Source: a virus (lineage: Duplodnaviria > Caudoviricetes). Taken from it: a DNA stretch of 64,000 bases. Below, one piece after another: positions 29,259 to 40,317 of this stretch. Where the stretch lies: positions 1 through 64,000 of IMG/VR virus record IMGVR_UViG_3300029305_005185; one strand, written 5' to 3'. Numbering within the stretch: the stretch's first letter is position 1; every line of letters starts with the position of its first letter. A program made the translations under genes and the position numbers. The notes beneath the pieces were generated by a model. It was given only the letters and a program-made list of their open reading frames with translations. It made no database searches and was not told where the DNA came from.

Positions 29259-30194
29259 ATGTCTAAGTCTATTAATGTACAGTCTAATAATGCAGTAACT
29301 ATTACCGGTAAGCTAAATGATGTTGTAGTTCGTGAGGGTACTTCCAAGAACGGTGGCAAACCTTATCGTGCTGGTACGGTAACTATTCGTGTAGAGCAGA
29401 CCTATGGTGGCAAGGGTGAAATCAGTGAAATCCCTGTTCAGTTTATTGCCATGAAGTTTAAGAAGGATGGTACTTCTAATCCTGCTTATGAAAGTGTAGG
29501 TCAGCTAACTTCTCAGTTTAAGTCTATTCAGAATTATGGTTATGATGAAGCTTCTCGTATTCGTGTAGCGGGTAAGAGCGGTAACATCAGTGAAAATATG
29601 TTTGTCGGTCGCGATGGAGAACAGGTAGTTTCTTCTTGGCGCATCAACTCTTCTTTCTTCAATGAAGTTCGTGGCGGCGAAGCTCCTGGCAATGCCGATT
29701 GCGCCACTTTCAATATGGACATTTTTATTATGGCCATGACTCGTGAAATGACTGCTGAAGGTGAAGAGACTGGTCGTCTAAAGATTCGTGGCGGCGTAAT
29801 TCAGTATGGTGGAAAGCTAGATTGTCTTGACTTCTATGTAGAAGACCCCACTGCCGTTGATTACATTGAGCGTAATTGGAATATGAATGATACTGTAAAT
29901 GTTGTCGGTCGTATTCGTTATACTTCTGAAACCGTTACTAATTATCATTCCGACAACGCATGGGGCGAAGCAATTCCTCAGACTACTACTAAGGTAAAGC
30001 GTGAACTAATTATCACTCATGGTTCTGACGAACCCTTTGATGAGGATATGGCTTATGCTCCTGAAGATATTCAGGTAGTAAACGCTGATCGCAATAACCG
30101 TAAGGAACAGCTAAAGATGGAAGCCCGTAGTAAGGCTACCCAGAAGGCTGCGAAGCCCGCTGTTGAAACTGGCAACTATGGTTGGGAAGAATAA
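29259..30194 (+). CDS. single-stranded DNA-binding protein (OB-fold)
   Basis: NAVTITGKL start, beta-rich body, acidic/aromatic tail YGWEE; lies next to the Sak4-like ATPase. Confidence 0.65.
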   Translation: MSKSINVQSNNAVTITGKLNDVVVREGTSKNGGKPYRAGTVTIRVEQTYGGKGEISEIPVQFIAMKFKKDGTSNPAYESVGQLTSQFKSIQNYGYDEASRIRVAGKSGNISENMFVGRDGEQVVSSWRINSSFFNEVRGGEAPGNADCATFNMDIFIMAMTREMTAEGEETGRLKIRGGVIQYGGKLDCLDFYVEDPTAVDYIERNWNMNDTVNVVGRIRYTSETVTNYHSDNAWGEAIPQTTTKVKRELIITHGSDEPFDEDMAYAPEDIQVVNADRNNRKEQLKMEARSKATQKAAKPAVETGNYGWEE

Positions 30195-30209
30195 TCTTCC
30201 CAACCTTTT
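30180..30209 (+). terminator. hairpin/terminator
   Basis: GGTTGGGAAGA-ATAA-TCTTCCCAACC followed by TTTT. Confidence 0.65.
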
Positions 30210-30255
30210 ACCCGAAAGGTGTGGTATTGTATTATAAAGTAGGAGATAAATAATT

Positions 30256-31245
30256 ATGGCTGGAATTGATATTTTTAACATTGAACCTTCAAAAATTTCT
30301 AGAGACCTAAAGGGTAAGTACATTCTAATTTACGGTGCTCCCAAGACTGGTAAGTCTACTTTTGGTAGTAAACTTCCTCGTAGTTTGTTCCTTCAGTTTG
30401 AACAGGGTACTAACGCCCTAGATGGTATTCGTGGTGTCCCCATTTTTAAGTGGACTGATATGAAGTCAGTTCTTCGTCAGCTTCGCGATCCTCGCGCAAA
30501 GGATATGTATGATTCCATTGTAGTTGATACTGCTGGTATTGCTTATAATCTTTGTGAACAGTTTGTGTGTCAGCAGAATGGCGTACAGCAGATTAGTGAA
30601 ATTCCTTGGGGCGGCGGTTTTAAGCTGGTGAAGAATGAGTTCCAGGAAACTTGGCGTGAGATTTCTTTGCTTGGCTTTGGTATTCTATTCATCGCTCACG
30701 AAAAGGAACGTGCTACTGAAATGCGTGATGAGAATGGTGAACAGATTCGCGCCGTAGCTCCTGACCTACCCAGTGCGGCATATAGTATTATCAATGGTCT
30801 CGTTGACATCATCGGGTATCTATCCACTCAGATGAATCAGGATGGTTCAACTAACCGCTATCTATATACTCGCGCTACTCCCAATATCTTCGCTGGTTCT
30901 CGTTATAAGTATATCGCTCCTCGTATTTCTTTCAATCAGGACGGTTATACTGAACTAGTAAATGCTATTGGTGATGCCATTGATAAGCAGGTAAATGTAG
31001 ATGGCGCTCAGGCAACTGACAAGACTATTCTTCCTAATTATACCGCTCGTCCTTTTGGCGAAACAATGAATGAAGCCCGTGAATTGTGGCAGAAGATTAT
31101 TGAAGTAAAGAGCGACGCTGGCAAGGAAGAAATGAAGAATGCTATTCGTAGAATCTTTGGTCAGGATATCCAGTTGTCTAAGGCAACTGAAGAACAGCAG
31201 GACCTTGTTGAGCTTGTAATTGAAGAGTTTAAGACAATCCTATAA
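30256..31245 (+). CDS. AAA_24/Sak4-like ATPase (ssDNA annealing recombinase)
   Basis: YGAPKTGKST, FEQG, IVVDT, FIAHEK, VDIIGY, AGSR. Confidence 0.8.
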   Translation: MAGIDIFNIEPSKISRDLKGKYILIYGAPKTGKSTFGSKLPRSLFLQFEQGTNALDGIRGVPIFKWTDMKSVLRQLRDPRAKDMYDSIVVDTAGIAYNLCEQFVCQQNGVQQISEIPWGGGFKLVKNEFQETWREISLLGFGILFIAHEKERATEMRDENGEQIRAVAPDLPSAAYSIINGLVDIIGYLSTQMNQDGSTNRYLYTRATPNIFAGSRYKYIAPRISFNQDGYTELVNAIGDAIDKQVNVDGAQATDKTILPNYTARPFGETMNEARELWQKIIEVKSDAGKEEMKNAIRRIFGQDIQLSKATEEQQDLVELVIEEFKTIL

Positions 31246-31256
31246 ATAAATTACAT

Positions 31257-31287
31257 AGGCTCGGGTTCTTCCCGAGCCTTTATTTTT
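31257..31287 (+). terminator. intrinsic terminator
   Basis: AGGCTCGGG-TTCTT-CCCGAGCCT followed by a T-run. Confidence 0.85.
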
Positions 31288-31314
31288 GACATAAATAAAA
31301 ATTTGTGATATAAT
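31286..31314 (+). promoter_or_regulatory. sigmaA-type promoter
   Basis: TTGACA-N17-TATAAT. Confidence 0.8.
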
Positions 31315-31337
31315 ATTTTTAGAAAGGCGGTTAAAAT

Positions 31338-31826
31338 ATGATTGTCTGTAAAGAGTGTAAACAAACCATAACGCATAATAATTATTATTATGTAGATATG
31401 ACAAATGAATATTTATGTTCCGATAAATGTCGGCTTTCTTATGCTAAGAAAGAAAAAGAAAAAGAAGATAAAGAATATTTGTATGAAACAATAGAAAGAA
31501 TATTCAATATTTCTTATCCTAATGTTCAGCAAATGACAGAACTAAAACGTTTTAGAGAAAAAGAAGGAATGACACATAAACAAATTTCTTCTATTCTTCA
31601 CTATATTTATGACGTAAAACAACTAGCACCATATGGATATTCTCTTACATTGGTGCCGCGATATAAAGAAGAGGCAAAAGCGTGGTATTTGGAAAACCAG
31701 CGAAGAGCCCATCAGGCACAAGAAGTTGCTAAAAAAACTCCTGCGATTGGTCGTAGGATTGAAAAGATAAATACAACTCGTGATAAAAAACGAGGAATAC
31801 TTGAAATAAACCCAGAAGATGTGTAA
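31338..31826 (+). CDS. Zn-finger hypothetical protein upstream of the helicase
   Basis: CKEC...CSDKC. Confidence 0.65.
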   Translation: MIVCKECKQTITHNNYYYVDMTNEYLCSDKCRLSYAKKEKEKEDKEYLYETIERIFNISYPNVQQMTELKRFREKEGMTHKQISSILHYIYDVKQLAPYGYSLTLVPRYKEEAKAWYLENQRRAHQAQEVAKKTPAIGRRIEKINTTRDKKRGILEINPEDV

Positions 31827-31835
31827 AGGAGCGGA

Positions 31836-33422
31836 TTGGTATTGGAACTAAATAATCAAGATTTGTATTGTCAGGTACTTGGCAGTATAATGAGAGAACC
31901 AATTCTTTTACACAATGTTCCGTCTAAAATTACTTTGGATGATTTTCATAATGAAAATAAAGTTTGTAGAGCAATTTTCTTTGCGGTAAATGGTATTGCA
32001 AATGAAGAAGTCAGAAATATTGATTGTAATATGATTATGACTTATTTGGAACAATATCCATCTATTAAGAAAAGTTTTGGCTCAAACGGTCCCAGCGTAG
32101 TTGAGAATTGTCTTGAACGTGGGCATCCCGAAAGTTTCCAAATTTATTACAATCAGTTAAAGAAAACATCCCTTCTTCGTGATTTGTTGAATCATGGCTA
32201 TAATGTAGAACCTTATGATTTTACAAGTTGTCAGGCGGGCAGTCGTAAAGAATTTGAAACGATTCAGCGATTTGAAGAAGCAACAGAAGCAGATATTCTT
32301 GGATATGTAGAAAAACAGTTTACTGACCTACAAGCAAGACATACTGTAGCTTCTGTTTCACAAGAATATATGGGCGATGGAATTGATGAACTAATTGCTT
32401 CATTAGGTGAATTTTCAGACCAGGGCGCTGAACTTCAGGGGCATATGTTTAATTCTATTGTTCGCGGCGCTCGTTTAGGTACGATGTATATTCGTTCTGC
32501 GGGTACTGGTATTGGTAAGTCAAGATCAAGTGTATTTGATGCTTGCGGTTTGATTTTCCCTATTATTTTTGATACAAAGAAAAATAGTTTTGTATATATG
32601 AAAGATGTTGTTCCTCAGAAAGTTTTGTATATTATGACAGAACAGGTGCCGCGAGAAATTAGAACTATGATTCTTGCGTATGTTTCTGGTATTGAGGAAA
32701 ACAGAATTGTTAGTAATATTTTAACTCCTGCGGAAAGGCAAAGACTTATGATTGCTGCAGAAATTATTAAATATTATAGTAAATATTTGATTTTTGAAGA
32801 AATTAACGACCCGAACTTGAATAACGTTCAGGCTACGATTAAGAAACACGTTCTTCTTGATGATGTTCATTACGTGTTTTATGACTATATTTTTTCTTCG
32901 CCGTCATTGATTAATCAATTTAGTCATGCCGGTATTCGTGAAGATGTTGCTCTAATGTTGTTGGCAAACCAGTTAAAAGAAATTGCGAAAACCTATAATG
33001 TTTTCATTATGACAAGTACACAGTTGAATGGTGATGGTTTAGCAACAGATGGTAAGCGCCGAGACCAGCGTATGATTCGTGGTTCGAAAGCCGTTGTAGA
33101 TAAGGCTGATATTGGTTGTATTATTGCTCGTGTTGAACCAACAGATTTGGAACAAGTTTCTGAATCAGCAAATCGTTGTGGCAAAGCGCCGACTCATGTA
33201 ACAGATATTTATAAAATTCGTAGCGGACGTTTTAAAGGTACTCGTATTTGGTCTTATTATAATCTTGGTAATGGACGAAGAGAAGATTTGTTTATTACCG
33301 ATGACAATAATCATGAGATTACTTTTGAATCTTATGAACTTATTTACCCAAACTCTAATTTCTCAGAAGAATGGAGTTTGGAAAAAGTGAAAGCATATTT
33401 AGAAAGGAAAGATGAGTTCTAA
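31836..33422 (+). CDS. dnaB: replicative DNA helicase (DnaB-like)
   Basis: SAGTGIGKS, FYDYI, LKEIAK, STQLN, RGSKAVVDKAD. Confidence 0.85.
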   Translation: MVLELNNQDLYCQVLGSIMREPILLHNVPSKITLDDFHNENKVCRAIFFAVNGIANEEVRNIDCNMIMTYLEQYPSIKKSFGSNGPSVVENCLERGHPESFQIYYNQLKKTSLLRDLLNHGYNVEPYDFTSCQAGSRKEFETIQRFEEATEADILGYVEKQFTDLQARHTVASVSQEYMGDGIDELIASLGEFSDQGAELQGHMFNSIVRGARLGTMYIRSAGTGIGKSRSSVFDACGLIFPIIFDTKKNSFVYMKDVVPQKVLYIMTEQVPREIRTMILAYVSGIEENRIVSNILTPAERQRLMIAAEIIKYYSKYLIFEEINDPNLNNVQATIKKHVLLDDVHYVFYDYIFSSPSLINQFSHAGIREDVALMLLANQLKEIAKTYNVFIMTSTQLNGDGLATDGKRRDQRMIRGSKAVVDKADIGCIIARVEPTDLEQVSESANRCGKAPTHVTDIYKIRSGRFKGTRIWSYYNLGNGRREDLFITDDNNHEITFESYELIYPNSNFSEEWSLEKVKAYLERKDEF

Positions 33423-34528
33423 TGTGTTTTGAAGCAAGTTTCTATGATGATATAGCAATTAAAAATGGCTTAGGCGGCCATAGTCTAGTTGAAAAACTTA
33501 CTATGAAAAATGTGGTTACTTTTCTTGAAAGTCTCGGTGTTGAAGATATAGATGAACAAGATGGATATCTTGTTTGTCCTACTATTTGTCACAACCCGCT
33601 TGATGAAGCAGAAAGTATGAAACTTTATTATTATGATAAAGATAGGCATTTTCATTGTTATACAGAATGTAGTGAAAACTTTAATATTATTGAGCTGTAT
33701 AGACGTTATATGGCTATCAATCATTATGAAGTTACTTATTTTGAAGCGGAAGATTACATTCGTCAGTTTGTAACTGATACAGATTTAGAAATAGAAACTT
33801 ATCATAAAAAGGAAAAAGAAGAAAAAACAGAAAAAATTGATTTCATAGATTTACCTGAATATAAACCTTATGTAATGGATTGCTTTATTCCATATCGTCA
33901 TCCACTTTGGTTGCGGGATGGAATTAGCGGTGAATCAATGGATAAATTTAATATTCGTTTTTCTCTTTCTCAAAATAAAATTATAATCCCCCATTATGAC
34001 TTAGAGGGTAAATTGGTCGGTATTCGCGGAAGAGCAATTGAAGAAGAAGATATACAAAAAGGCAAATATCAGCCGGTTCTTTTAGGTGAACAATTATATC
34101 GCCATCCTCTCGGTTTCAATTTGTATGGAATAAATGAAAATAAAAAAGCAATACAAATGACAAAACGAGCAATCCTTTTTGAAGGAGAGAAAAGTGTGTT
34201 GTTATCTAATAGCTATTATGGAAACTTCAGTACAGCAGTAGCAACATGCGGTTCCCAGTTGAATCGTTTTCAAATCAACTTGCTCGTTAAGAAATTGGGG
34301 GTTACAGAAATTACACTGGCTTTTGACAAAGAATATGATAAACCTTATAGTGAAGAAGGAAAAAAATATCGTCAGAAGCTTATTGATAAATGTAAAAAAT
34401 ATCAAGGTCTTGCAACCTTTTATTATATTTTTGACGAACACGGGCTTTTGAATAAAAAAGACAGCCCAATTGATAGAGGATTAAAAACTTTTGAAACCTT
34501 ATTTAATAAAAGAATAAAAATTGTATGA
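33422..34528 (+). CDS. dnaG: DNA primase (DnaG-like)
   Basis: TICHN...HCYTEC Zn motif, IIIPH, GIRGR, TOPRIM FEGEKS and AFDKE. Confidence 0.85.
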   Translation: MCFEASFYDDIAIKNGLGGHSLVEKLTMKNVVTFLESLGVEDIDEQDGYLVCPTICHNPLDEAESMKLYYYDKDRHFHCYTECSENFNIIELYRRYMAINHYEVTYFEAEDYIRQFVTDTDLEIETYHKKEKEEKTEKIDFIDLPEYKPYVMDCFIPYRHPLWLRDGISGESMDKFNIRFSLSQNKIIIPHYDLEGKLVGIRGRAIEEEDIQKGKYQPVLLGEQLYRHPLGFNLYGINENKKAIQMTKRAILFEGEKSVLLSNSYYGNFSTAVATCGSQLNRFQINLLVKKLGVTEITLAFDKEYDKPYSEEGKKYRQKLIDKCKKYQGLATFYYIFDEHGLLNKKDSPIDRGLKTFETLFNKRIKIV

Positions 34529-34547
34529 ATGGAGAGATTATTTTCAA

Positions 34548-36281
34548 ATGAAATATAGACTATTACACGAACTACCTCATGACCCTCAAACTTGCCTAGG
34601 ATGGCTACTAGATGCCCGTGGCGTTGAAGATATAGAAGGATATGTTTATCCCTCTAAAGAATATGAATTAAGTCCTTATCTACTTGATAATATTGATGAT
34701 GCCGCCCATTCACTACTATGGCATTTGAAGAATGATAATGCTATTCTATTAGTTGTTGATAGTGATGCTGACGGTTTTTGCAGTTCTGCCATGATGTATA
34801 ATTATATGAAGCATTTCTTTCCAAATGCTACAATTGATTATATTTGTCATGAACACAAGGCTCATGGATTAGACGATATTATTAATCAAGTTCTTGAAAG
34901 TGATTATGATTTAATTATTTGTCCTGATGCTTCAAGTTTTGATATTGAAGAACATAAACAATTGAAAGAAAATGGCAAAGAAGTTTTAGTTATTGACCAC
35001 CATGATGCGCCCGAATATAGTAAGTATGCTATTGTAGTAAATAATCAACTTTCAGAAAAGTATACTAATAAAGGATTGTGTGGCGCTGGTGTTGTTTACA
35101 AGTTCCTTCAAGTAATGGATAAATATCTTGAGTCAGAACATGGAAAAGAATATATTGACCTATGCGCGCTTGCTAATATTGCCGATTGTATGTCTCCAAC
35201 AAATTTGGAAACGCGATATTATATTACAGAAGGCTTAAAAGAAGAAAATATTAAGAATGGTGGCTTTAAGGCTTTTATTAAAGCACAAGAATTTTCTCTA
35301 AGTAAAGCCGGTGGAAAAGGCATGGATTATATGAAGGTGGCTTTTTATATTGCGCCACTAATCAATGCTATTACTCGTGTTGGTACAATGGATGAAAAAA
35401 ATATGCTTTTTGAAGCCTTTATTCATCCTGATGATTTGGTTCAAAGTGGTAAGCGAGGAGCCAAGCAAGGTGATATGGAAAAGATCGCTGTTGAAACTGC
35501 ACGTCTTGCTACCAACGCTCGCTCTCGCCAGAATAGAATTAAAGATAAGGCAGAGGAACTTTTGGATTACAGGATTCATAAGTTTGATTTGCTTGAAAAT
35601 AAAATTATTGTAATTGAAGTATTTGAAGAAGATAAAATCCCACAGGAACTTACTGGTTTGCTTGCTACACAATTTGTAAGTAAATATGGTCGTCCTTGTA
35701 TTGTTGTTAGAAAGAATGATAACGGTTTCTTACAGGGTTCTCTGCGCGGCAATGAGAATTTTGAAGAAGTTCCAGATTTTAAATCTTTCTTGCTAGATAG
35801 CGGAATTATGGAATATGTAGAAGGACACCCGAATGCCGCCGGTGTATCTGTTCATGAAAAGAATCTAGACAGCTTATTAACATATGCTAATACTCAGATT
35901 TCAGACAAAGGTTTGGAAAACGTTTATTCAGTAGATTACATTTTTACCGAAGATGAAAATTTCTCTAACTTGGCTCTAAACCTTGCTAGTGATGGAAGCC
36001 TTTGGGGAAATGACGTATATGAACCAAAAGTTGTTGTTGAAAATGTTCCAGTAAAAAATCTTTTTATTATGGGAGCAGATAAAAGTAGTGCCAAATGGAC
36101 ACACAATGGAGTTGAGTATGTTCGTTTCAAGGATACTGATTTTATTGACGAAATTCAACAATATGACCGCTGTGAAATTACTGTTTATGGCACAATTGCG
36201 GTAAACGAATGGGCTGGTAAGAAAACTCCACAAATTAGAATTGAAGATTGGTCAATTCGTGATACTTCTGATGATTTTTGA
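34548..36281 (+). CDS. recJ: RecJ-like ssDNA exonuclease (DHH family)
   Basis: DSDADG, IDHH, LCGAGV, APLINA, GSLRG, GHPNAAG. Confidence 0.9.
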   Translation: MKYRLLHELPHDPQTCLGWLLDARGVEDIEGYVYPSKEYELSPYLLDNIDDAAHSLLWHLKNDNAILLVVDSDADGFCSSAMMYNYMKHFFPNATIDYICHEHKAHGLDDIINQVLESDYDLIICPDASSFDIEEHKQLKENGKEVLVIDHHDAPEYSKYAIVVNNQLSEKYTNKGLCGAGVVYKFLQVMDKYLESEHGKEYIDLCALANIADCMSPTNLETRYYITEGLKEENIKNGGFKAFIKAQEFSLSKAGGKGMDYMKVAFYIAPLINAITRVGTMDEKNMLFEAFIHPDDLVQSGKRGAKQGDMEKIAVETARLATNARSRQNRIKDKAEELLDYRIHKFDLLENKIIVIEVFEEDKIPQELTGLLATQFVSKYGRPCIVVRKNDNGFLQGSLRGNENFEEVPDFKSFLLDSGIMEYVEGHPNAAGVSVHEKNLDSLLTYANTQISDKGLENVYSVDYIFTEDENFSNLALNLASDGSLWGNDVYEPKVVVENVPVKNLFIMGADKSSAKWTHNGVEYVRFKDTDFIDEIQQYDRCEITVYGTIAVNEWAGKKTPQIRIEDWSIRDTSDDF

Positions 36282-36306
36282 CAAAATTGAAATTTTATAA
36301 TATAAT
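36278..36306 (+). promoter_or_regulatory. sigmaA-type promoter
   Basis: TTGACA-N17-TATAAT. Confidence 0.8.
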
Positions 36307-36321
36307 ATAAAAAATAAGAAA

Positions 36322-39300
36322 GTGAGGAAGATAAGATTGAGTAATAAATCATACCCAGGAAGTTTACATAATCATACAGATTTTAGCAACCTGAGGCTTC
36401 GTGATAGTATAAACAAGGTATCTTCTCTCATTGATTATGCTATTGAATTAGGGCACTCATGTGTTGCGATTACCGACCATGAGTGCCTTAGTAGTTATAT
36501 TCAAGTTGAAGAATACTATGAAAAAGTAAAAGATAAAATTAAAGTCATTCGTGGTAATGAAATTTATCTTACTCGTAATGGTCTAAACGCGAATAATTTC
36601 AATAAAGAACGCGGCGATGATTATTACCACTTTATTCTTTTGGCAAAAGACGCTGAAGGATATAAGCAACTTTGTGAACTTTCTACAAGGGCTTGGTTGC
36701 GGTCTTATGTATCTCGTCGTTTGCGTCGTGTACCGACTTATTATAAGGATTTGAAAGATATTGTTGCTATAAATCCTGGCCATTTAGTAGCCAGCACGGC
36801 TTGTCTTGGCGGTCAGTTACCGAAGTTTCTTTTAAAATATTATAATACTGGTGATGAGAAGTATTGGGAAACTGCGGTAAATTGGTGTAAGTATATGGTT
36901 AATATTTTTGGTGAAGGCAACTTCTATCTGGAGATGCAACCTTCTAAAAATAGAGAACAAGAAATCGTAAACTTACATATTTGTCGCCTACATGATGAAT
37001 TGAGTTTGCCGATAATTATCACGACTGATAGTCATTATCTTAAGAAAGAAGATGCTATTATTCATGAAAAGTATCTTAATTCTCAGGATGGCGACCGCGA
37101 AGTAAAGGCTTTCTATGAAACAACTTATATGATGGGAACGGAAGAACTTGAAAGTTTTTTTCCGTATCTTACTCGTCCTTATCTTGATGAGGCTTATGAA
37201 AATATTAATCATATTGCTTCAATGTGTGAAGATTTTTCAATCAAGCGACCGCTTCGTATTCCTTGCTTGCCTTGGAAAAGTTATAATGTAAGAAATACTA
37301 TTGAAGTAGAAAAATACGTTTCTTATATGCCTGCTTTAGAAAACTTTGTAAAGTCATCTTACAAGGAAGATAATGAACTTGTTTTTGCTGTAATTGATGG
37401 TATTATAAATCATTCTGACCTTCAGAATAAAGAGGCATATGAAGCATTAAACCAATGCTTGGAAATGACTTGGGTTTCAAGTGAAGTAAATAAAGCACGA
37501 TGGAGCGCTTATTATCTTAATCTTCAGAAGATTATTGAGGAATGTTGGAATGCAGGAACTATTGTTGGTCCAGCTCGCGGTTCTGGTGGCGGTTTTCTTT
37601 TGTTGTATTGCTTGGATATTATCCAAATGAATGCACTTCGTGAAAAAACCACTATGTATCCTTGGCGTTTCTTGAATCCCGAACGTGTTAGTGTTCTTGA
37701 TATTGACTTTGACGTTTCAGGTTTGAAGCGAAAAAATGTATTGGACCATCTTCGTAAAACTTATGGTGAAGATAGAGTTTGTAACGTTCTTACTCTAAGA
37801 ACTGAAAAATCTAAGAGTGCTATTCTAACCGCGGCGCGTGGTTTGGATATGACGCCGGAAGAAGGTCAGTATCTTTCTTCACTAGTTGGAGCAGAACGTG
37901 GTCAGTTGTTTACTTTGAAGCAGATGTATTATGGCGATGAAGAAAACGAAATGAAACCCAATGCGACTTTCGTTGAAGAAATGAATCGTCATCCTCAACT
38001 TTGGGAAATTGCTCAGAAGATTGAAGGACTTATCTGCGGCGCCGGTATTCATGCTGGCGGCGTAGTATTTAATGATGAACCGTTTACAGAAACTGCTTCA
38101 CTTATGCGAGCGCCTGATGGTACTGTAATTAGTGGTTTTGAACTTCATGACCTTGAGAAGTGTAGTCTTATTAAGTATGACGCACTTTCTGTTGAAGGTA
38201 TGGACCGTATTCAGGTTTGCCTTGAATTACTTATCAAATATGGTTTTATCAAAGAAGAAAAAACTTTAAAAGATACATATGAAAAAGTAATTGGTGTATA
38301 TAACATTGAACGTGATGACCCATCAATGTGGGAAAAAGTTTGGAATCATGAGATTGTTAGTTTGTTCCAGATGGAACAGTCTTCTGGTATTCAAGGTATC
38401 GCAGCAACAAAGCCGCAGAACGTTGACGACTTGGCGGCGTTAAATTCTGTTATTCGTCTAATGGCGCAAGAAAAAGGCGCGGAAACTCCTATTGAAAAAT
38501 ATGCTCGTTTTCGTAAGAACTTGAATGCTTGGGAAACTGAAATGATTAAGGCTGGTCTAACTGAGCAGGAACGTCAACTTTTACATAAAGAACTTGATGC
38601 TTCTTCTGGTTTGTGTATCGCACAGGAACAGTTTATGATGTTAGTTCAGATTCCTGAAATTGGTGGTTTTGGATTGCAGTGGGCTGACCGTTTGAGAAAG
38701 TCTATTGCTAAGAAGAATCCCAAGGAATATGAAAAACTCACTGCTGAGTTCTTTGAAAACATGAAAAATAAAAATCTTTCTGTAAATCTTTGTAATTATG
38801 TTTGGAATACTCTAATTGCGATGAACCGTGGTTATGGTTTCAATCAGGCTCATACATTAGGCTATTCTCTTGTGGCTCTACAAGAAATGAATTTGGCTTG
38901 TAAATATCCTATCATTTTCTGGAACACAGCAAATCTTATCGTAGACAGCGCGGGCGTTCAAGAAACTGAAGAAGGCGATGAAGAAACTTTAGTAGTTGAA
39001 CTTGAAGATGAAGAAGTTGAGGAAATCGTTGATATTTATGAGCCGGAAGATTGGGAAGAATATGATTATGAAGATTTGCCCGATAGAACCGCGAAAAAGA
39101 AAAAGAAAAATAAGAGTATTGACTTTGGTAAAATTGCTATGGCAATCGGTAAGTTCCAAACAGCCGGCATAAAAGTTTTACCTCCAGACATTAATAAGTC
39201 TGACTTTAGTTTTACTCCGGATGTTGAATCTAATTCAATTGCGAGTGGACTTCGTAATATTACTCGTATTTCAGCGGATTTAGTTGAAAGAATTATTGCA

Positions 39301-40317
39301 AATCGTCCATATTCTTCTATTGAAGATTTTAGGTCTAAAGTAAAAGTAAATAAAACACAAATGTTTAATCTGTTAAAGTGCGGCGCTTTTGACTGTATTT
39401 ATCCTGATAGAATGAAAGCAATTAAAGAATTTGCTTCATCTTTGGCAGACGTAAAATCAAACTTAACATTGGCGAATGTTCCTATGTTAATGAAGTATGG
39501 TATTCTTGAAGAAGCAGAAGAATACACTGAAATTTTTATGTATAATAAATTCTTAAGAAAGCATCTTACAGAAGATAAAAATTACATAGAAATGGCTCCC
39601 AAAGCATTAGAGTATTATTGCGATAGATTTGATCCAGATGTATTAATTGGCGATGGTTCTCTTCTTCCAGTTAAGGCTTGGGAAAAACAGTATAAAAAAG
39701 CAATTGAACCTCTTGGAGCGTTCATTAAAGAAAACAAAGAGTTTTTACTTGAAGAACTTAATACTGCTCTAATTAAAGAACAATTGGAAGAATATTCTAA
39801 TGCTTCTTTATCTCGTTATGAAATTGAATCTATGTCTTTCTATTATCATGAACATGAATTAAAAAATATGGATAGAATTAAATATGATTTAGTTGACTTT
39901 AATTCTTTACCATTTGAACCGGAAGTTGAAAGAACTTTCCCTGCGAAAGATGGTAATGGAGAAATTAAACTTTATCGTTTATATCATATTTGTGGAACTG
40001 TTCTTGATAAAAATAAGATGAAAGGTAATGTAAGTTTGCTAACTCCTGATGGAGTTGTAAACGTAAAAGTTTGGAAAAATCAATTCGCTAAATATGACAA
40101 ACAGATTTCTGAAGTTGGTTTAGACGGCAAGAAGCATGTGATGGAACGCAGTTGGTTCCAGCGAGGAAATCTATTGTATATTCAGGGTATTCGTCGCGGC
40201 GATAGTTTTATTCCAAAAACATATAAAGGTAGCCTTCATAGGATTCCTATTATGAAGATTACCAAGATTGATGGTAAAGATATTGAATTTACCAATTTGA
40301 GGTATGATGAAGTATGA
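36322..40317 (+). CDS. dnaE: DNA polymerase III alpha subunit
   Basis: PHP motifs LHNHTDFS and AITDH, GPARGSGGG, FLNPERVSVLDIDFD, HAGG, YGFNQAH, PPDINKS; 1331 aa with no TAG. Confidence 0.95.
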   Translation: MRKIRLSNKSYPGSLHNHTDFSNLRLRDSINKVSSLIDYAIELGHSCVAITDHECLSSYIQVEEYYEKVKDKIKVIRGNEIYLTRNGLNANNFNKERGDDYYHFILLAKDAEGYKQLCELSTRAWLRSYVSRRLRRVPTYYKDLKDIVAINPGHLVASTACLGGQLPKFLLKYYNTGDEKYWETAVNWCKYMVNIFGEGNFYLEMQPSKNREQEIVNLHICRLHDELSLPIIITTDSHYLKKEDAIIHEKYLNSQDGDREVKAFYETTYMMGTEELESFFPYLTRPYLDEAYENINHIASMCEDFSIKRPLRIPCLPWKSYNVRNTIEVEKYVSYMPALENFVKSSYKEDNELVFAVIDGIINHSDLQNKEAYEALNQCLEMTWVSSEVNKARWSAYYLNLQKIIEECWNAGTIVGPARGSGGGFLLLYCLDIIQMNALREKTTMYPWRFLNPERVSVLDIDFDVSGLKRKNVLDHLRKTYGEDRVCNVLTLRTEKSKSAILTAARGLDMTPEEGQYLSSLVGAERGQLFTLKQMYYGDEENEMKPNATFVEEMNRHPQLWEIAQKIEGLICGAGIHAGGVVFNDEPFTETASLMRAPDGTVISGFELHDLEKCSLIKYDALSVEGMDRIQVCLELLIKYGFIKEEKTLKDTYEKVIGVYNIERDDPSMWEKVWNHEIVSLFQMEQSSGIQGIAATKPQNVDDLAALNSVIRLMAQEKGAETPIEKYARFRKNLNAWETEMIKAGLTEQERQLLHKELDASSGLCIAQEQFMMLVQIPEIGGFGLQWADRLRKSIAKKNPKEYEKLTAEFFENMKNKNLSVNLCNYVWNTLIAMNRGYGFNQAHTLGYSLVALQEMNLACKYPIIFWNTANLIVDSAGVQETEEGDEETLVVELEDEEVEEIVDIYEPEDWEEYDYEDLPDRTAKKKKKNKSIDFGKIAMAIGKFQTAGIKVLPPDINKSDFSFTPDVESNSIASGLRNITRISADLVERIIANRPYSSIEDFRSKVKVNKTQMFNLLKCGAFDCIYPDRMKAIKEFASSLADVKSNLTLANVPMLMKYGILEEAEEYTEIFMYNKFLRKHLTEDKNYIEMAPKALEYYCDRFDPDVLIGDGSLLPVKAWEKQYKKAIEPLGAFIKENKEFLLEELNTALIKEQLEEYSNASLSRYEIESMSFYYHEHELKNMDRIKYDLVDFNSLPFEPEVERTFPAKDGNGEIKLYRLYHICGTVLDKNKMKGNVSLLTPDGVVNVKVWKNQFAKYDKQISEVGLDGKKHVMERSWFQRGNLLYIQGIRRGDSFIPKTYKGSLHRIPIMKITKIDGKDIEFTNLRYDEV

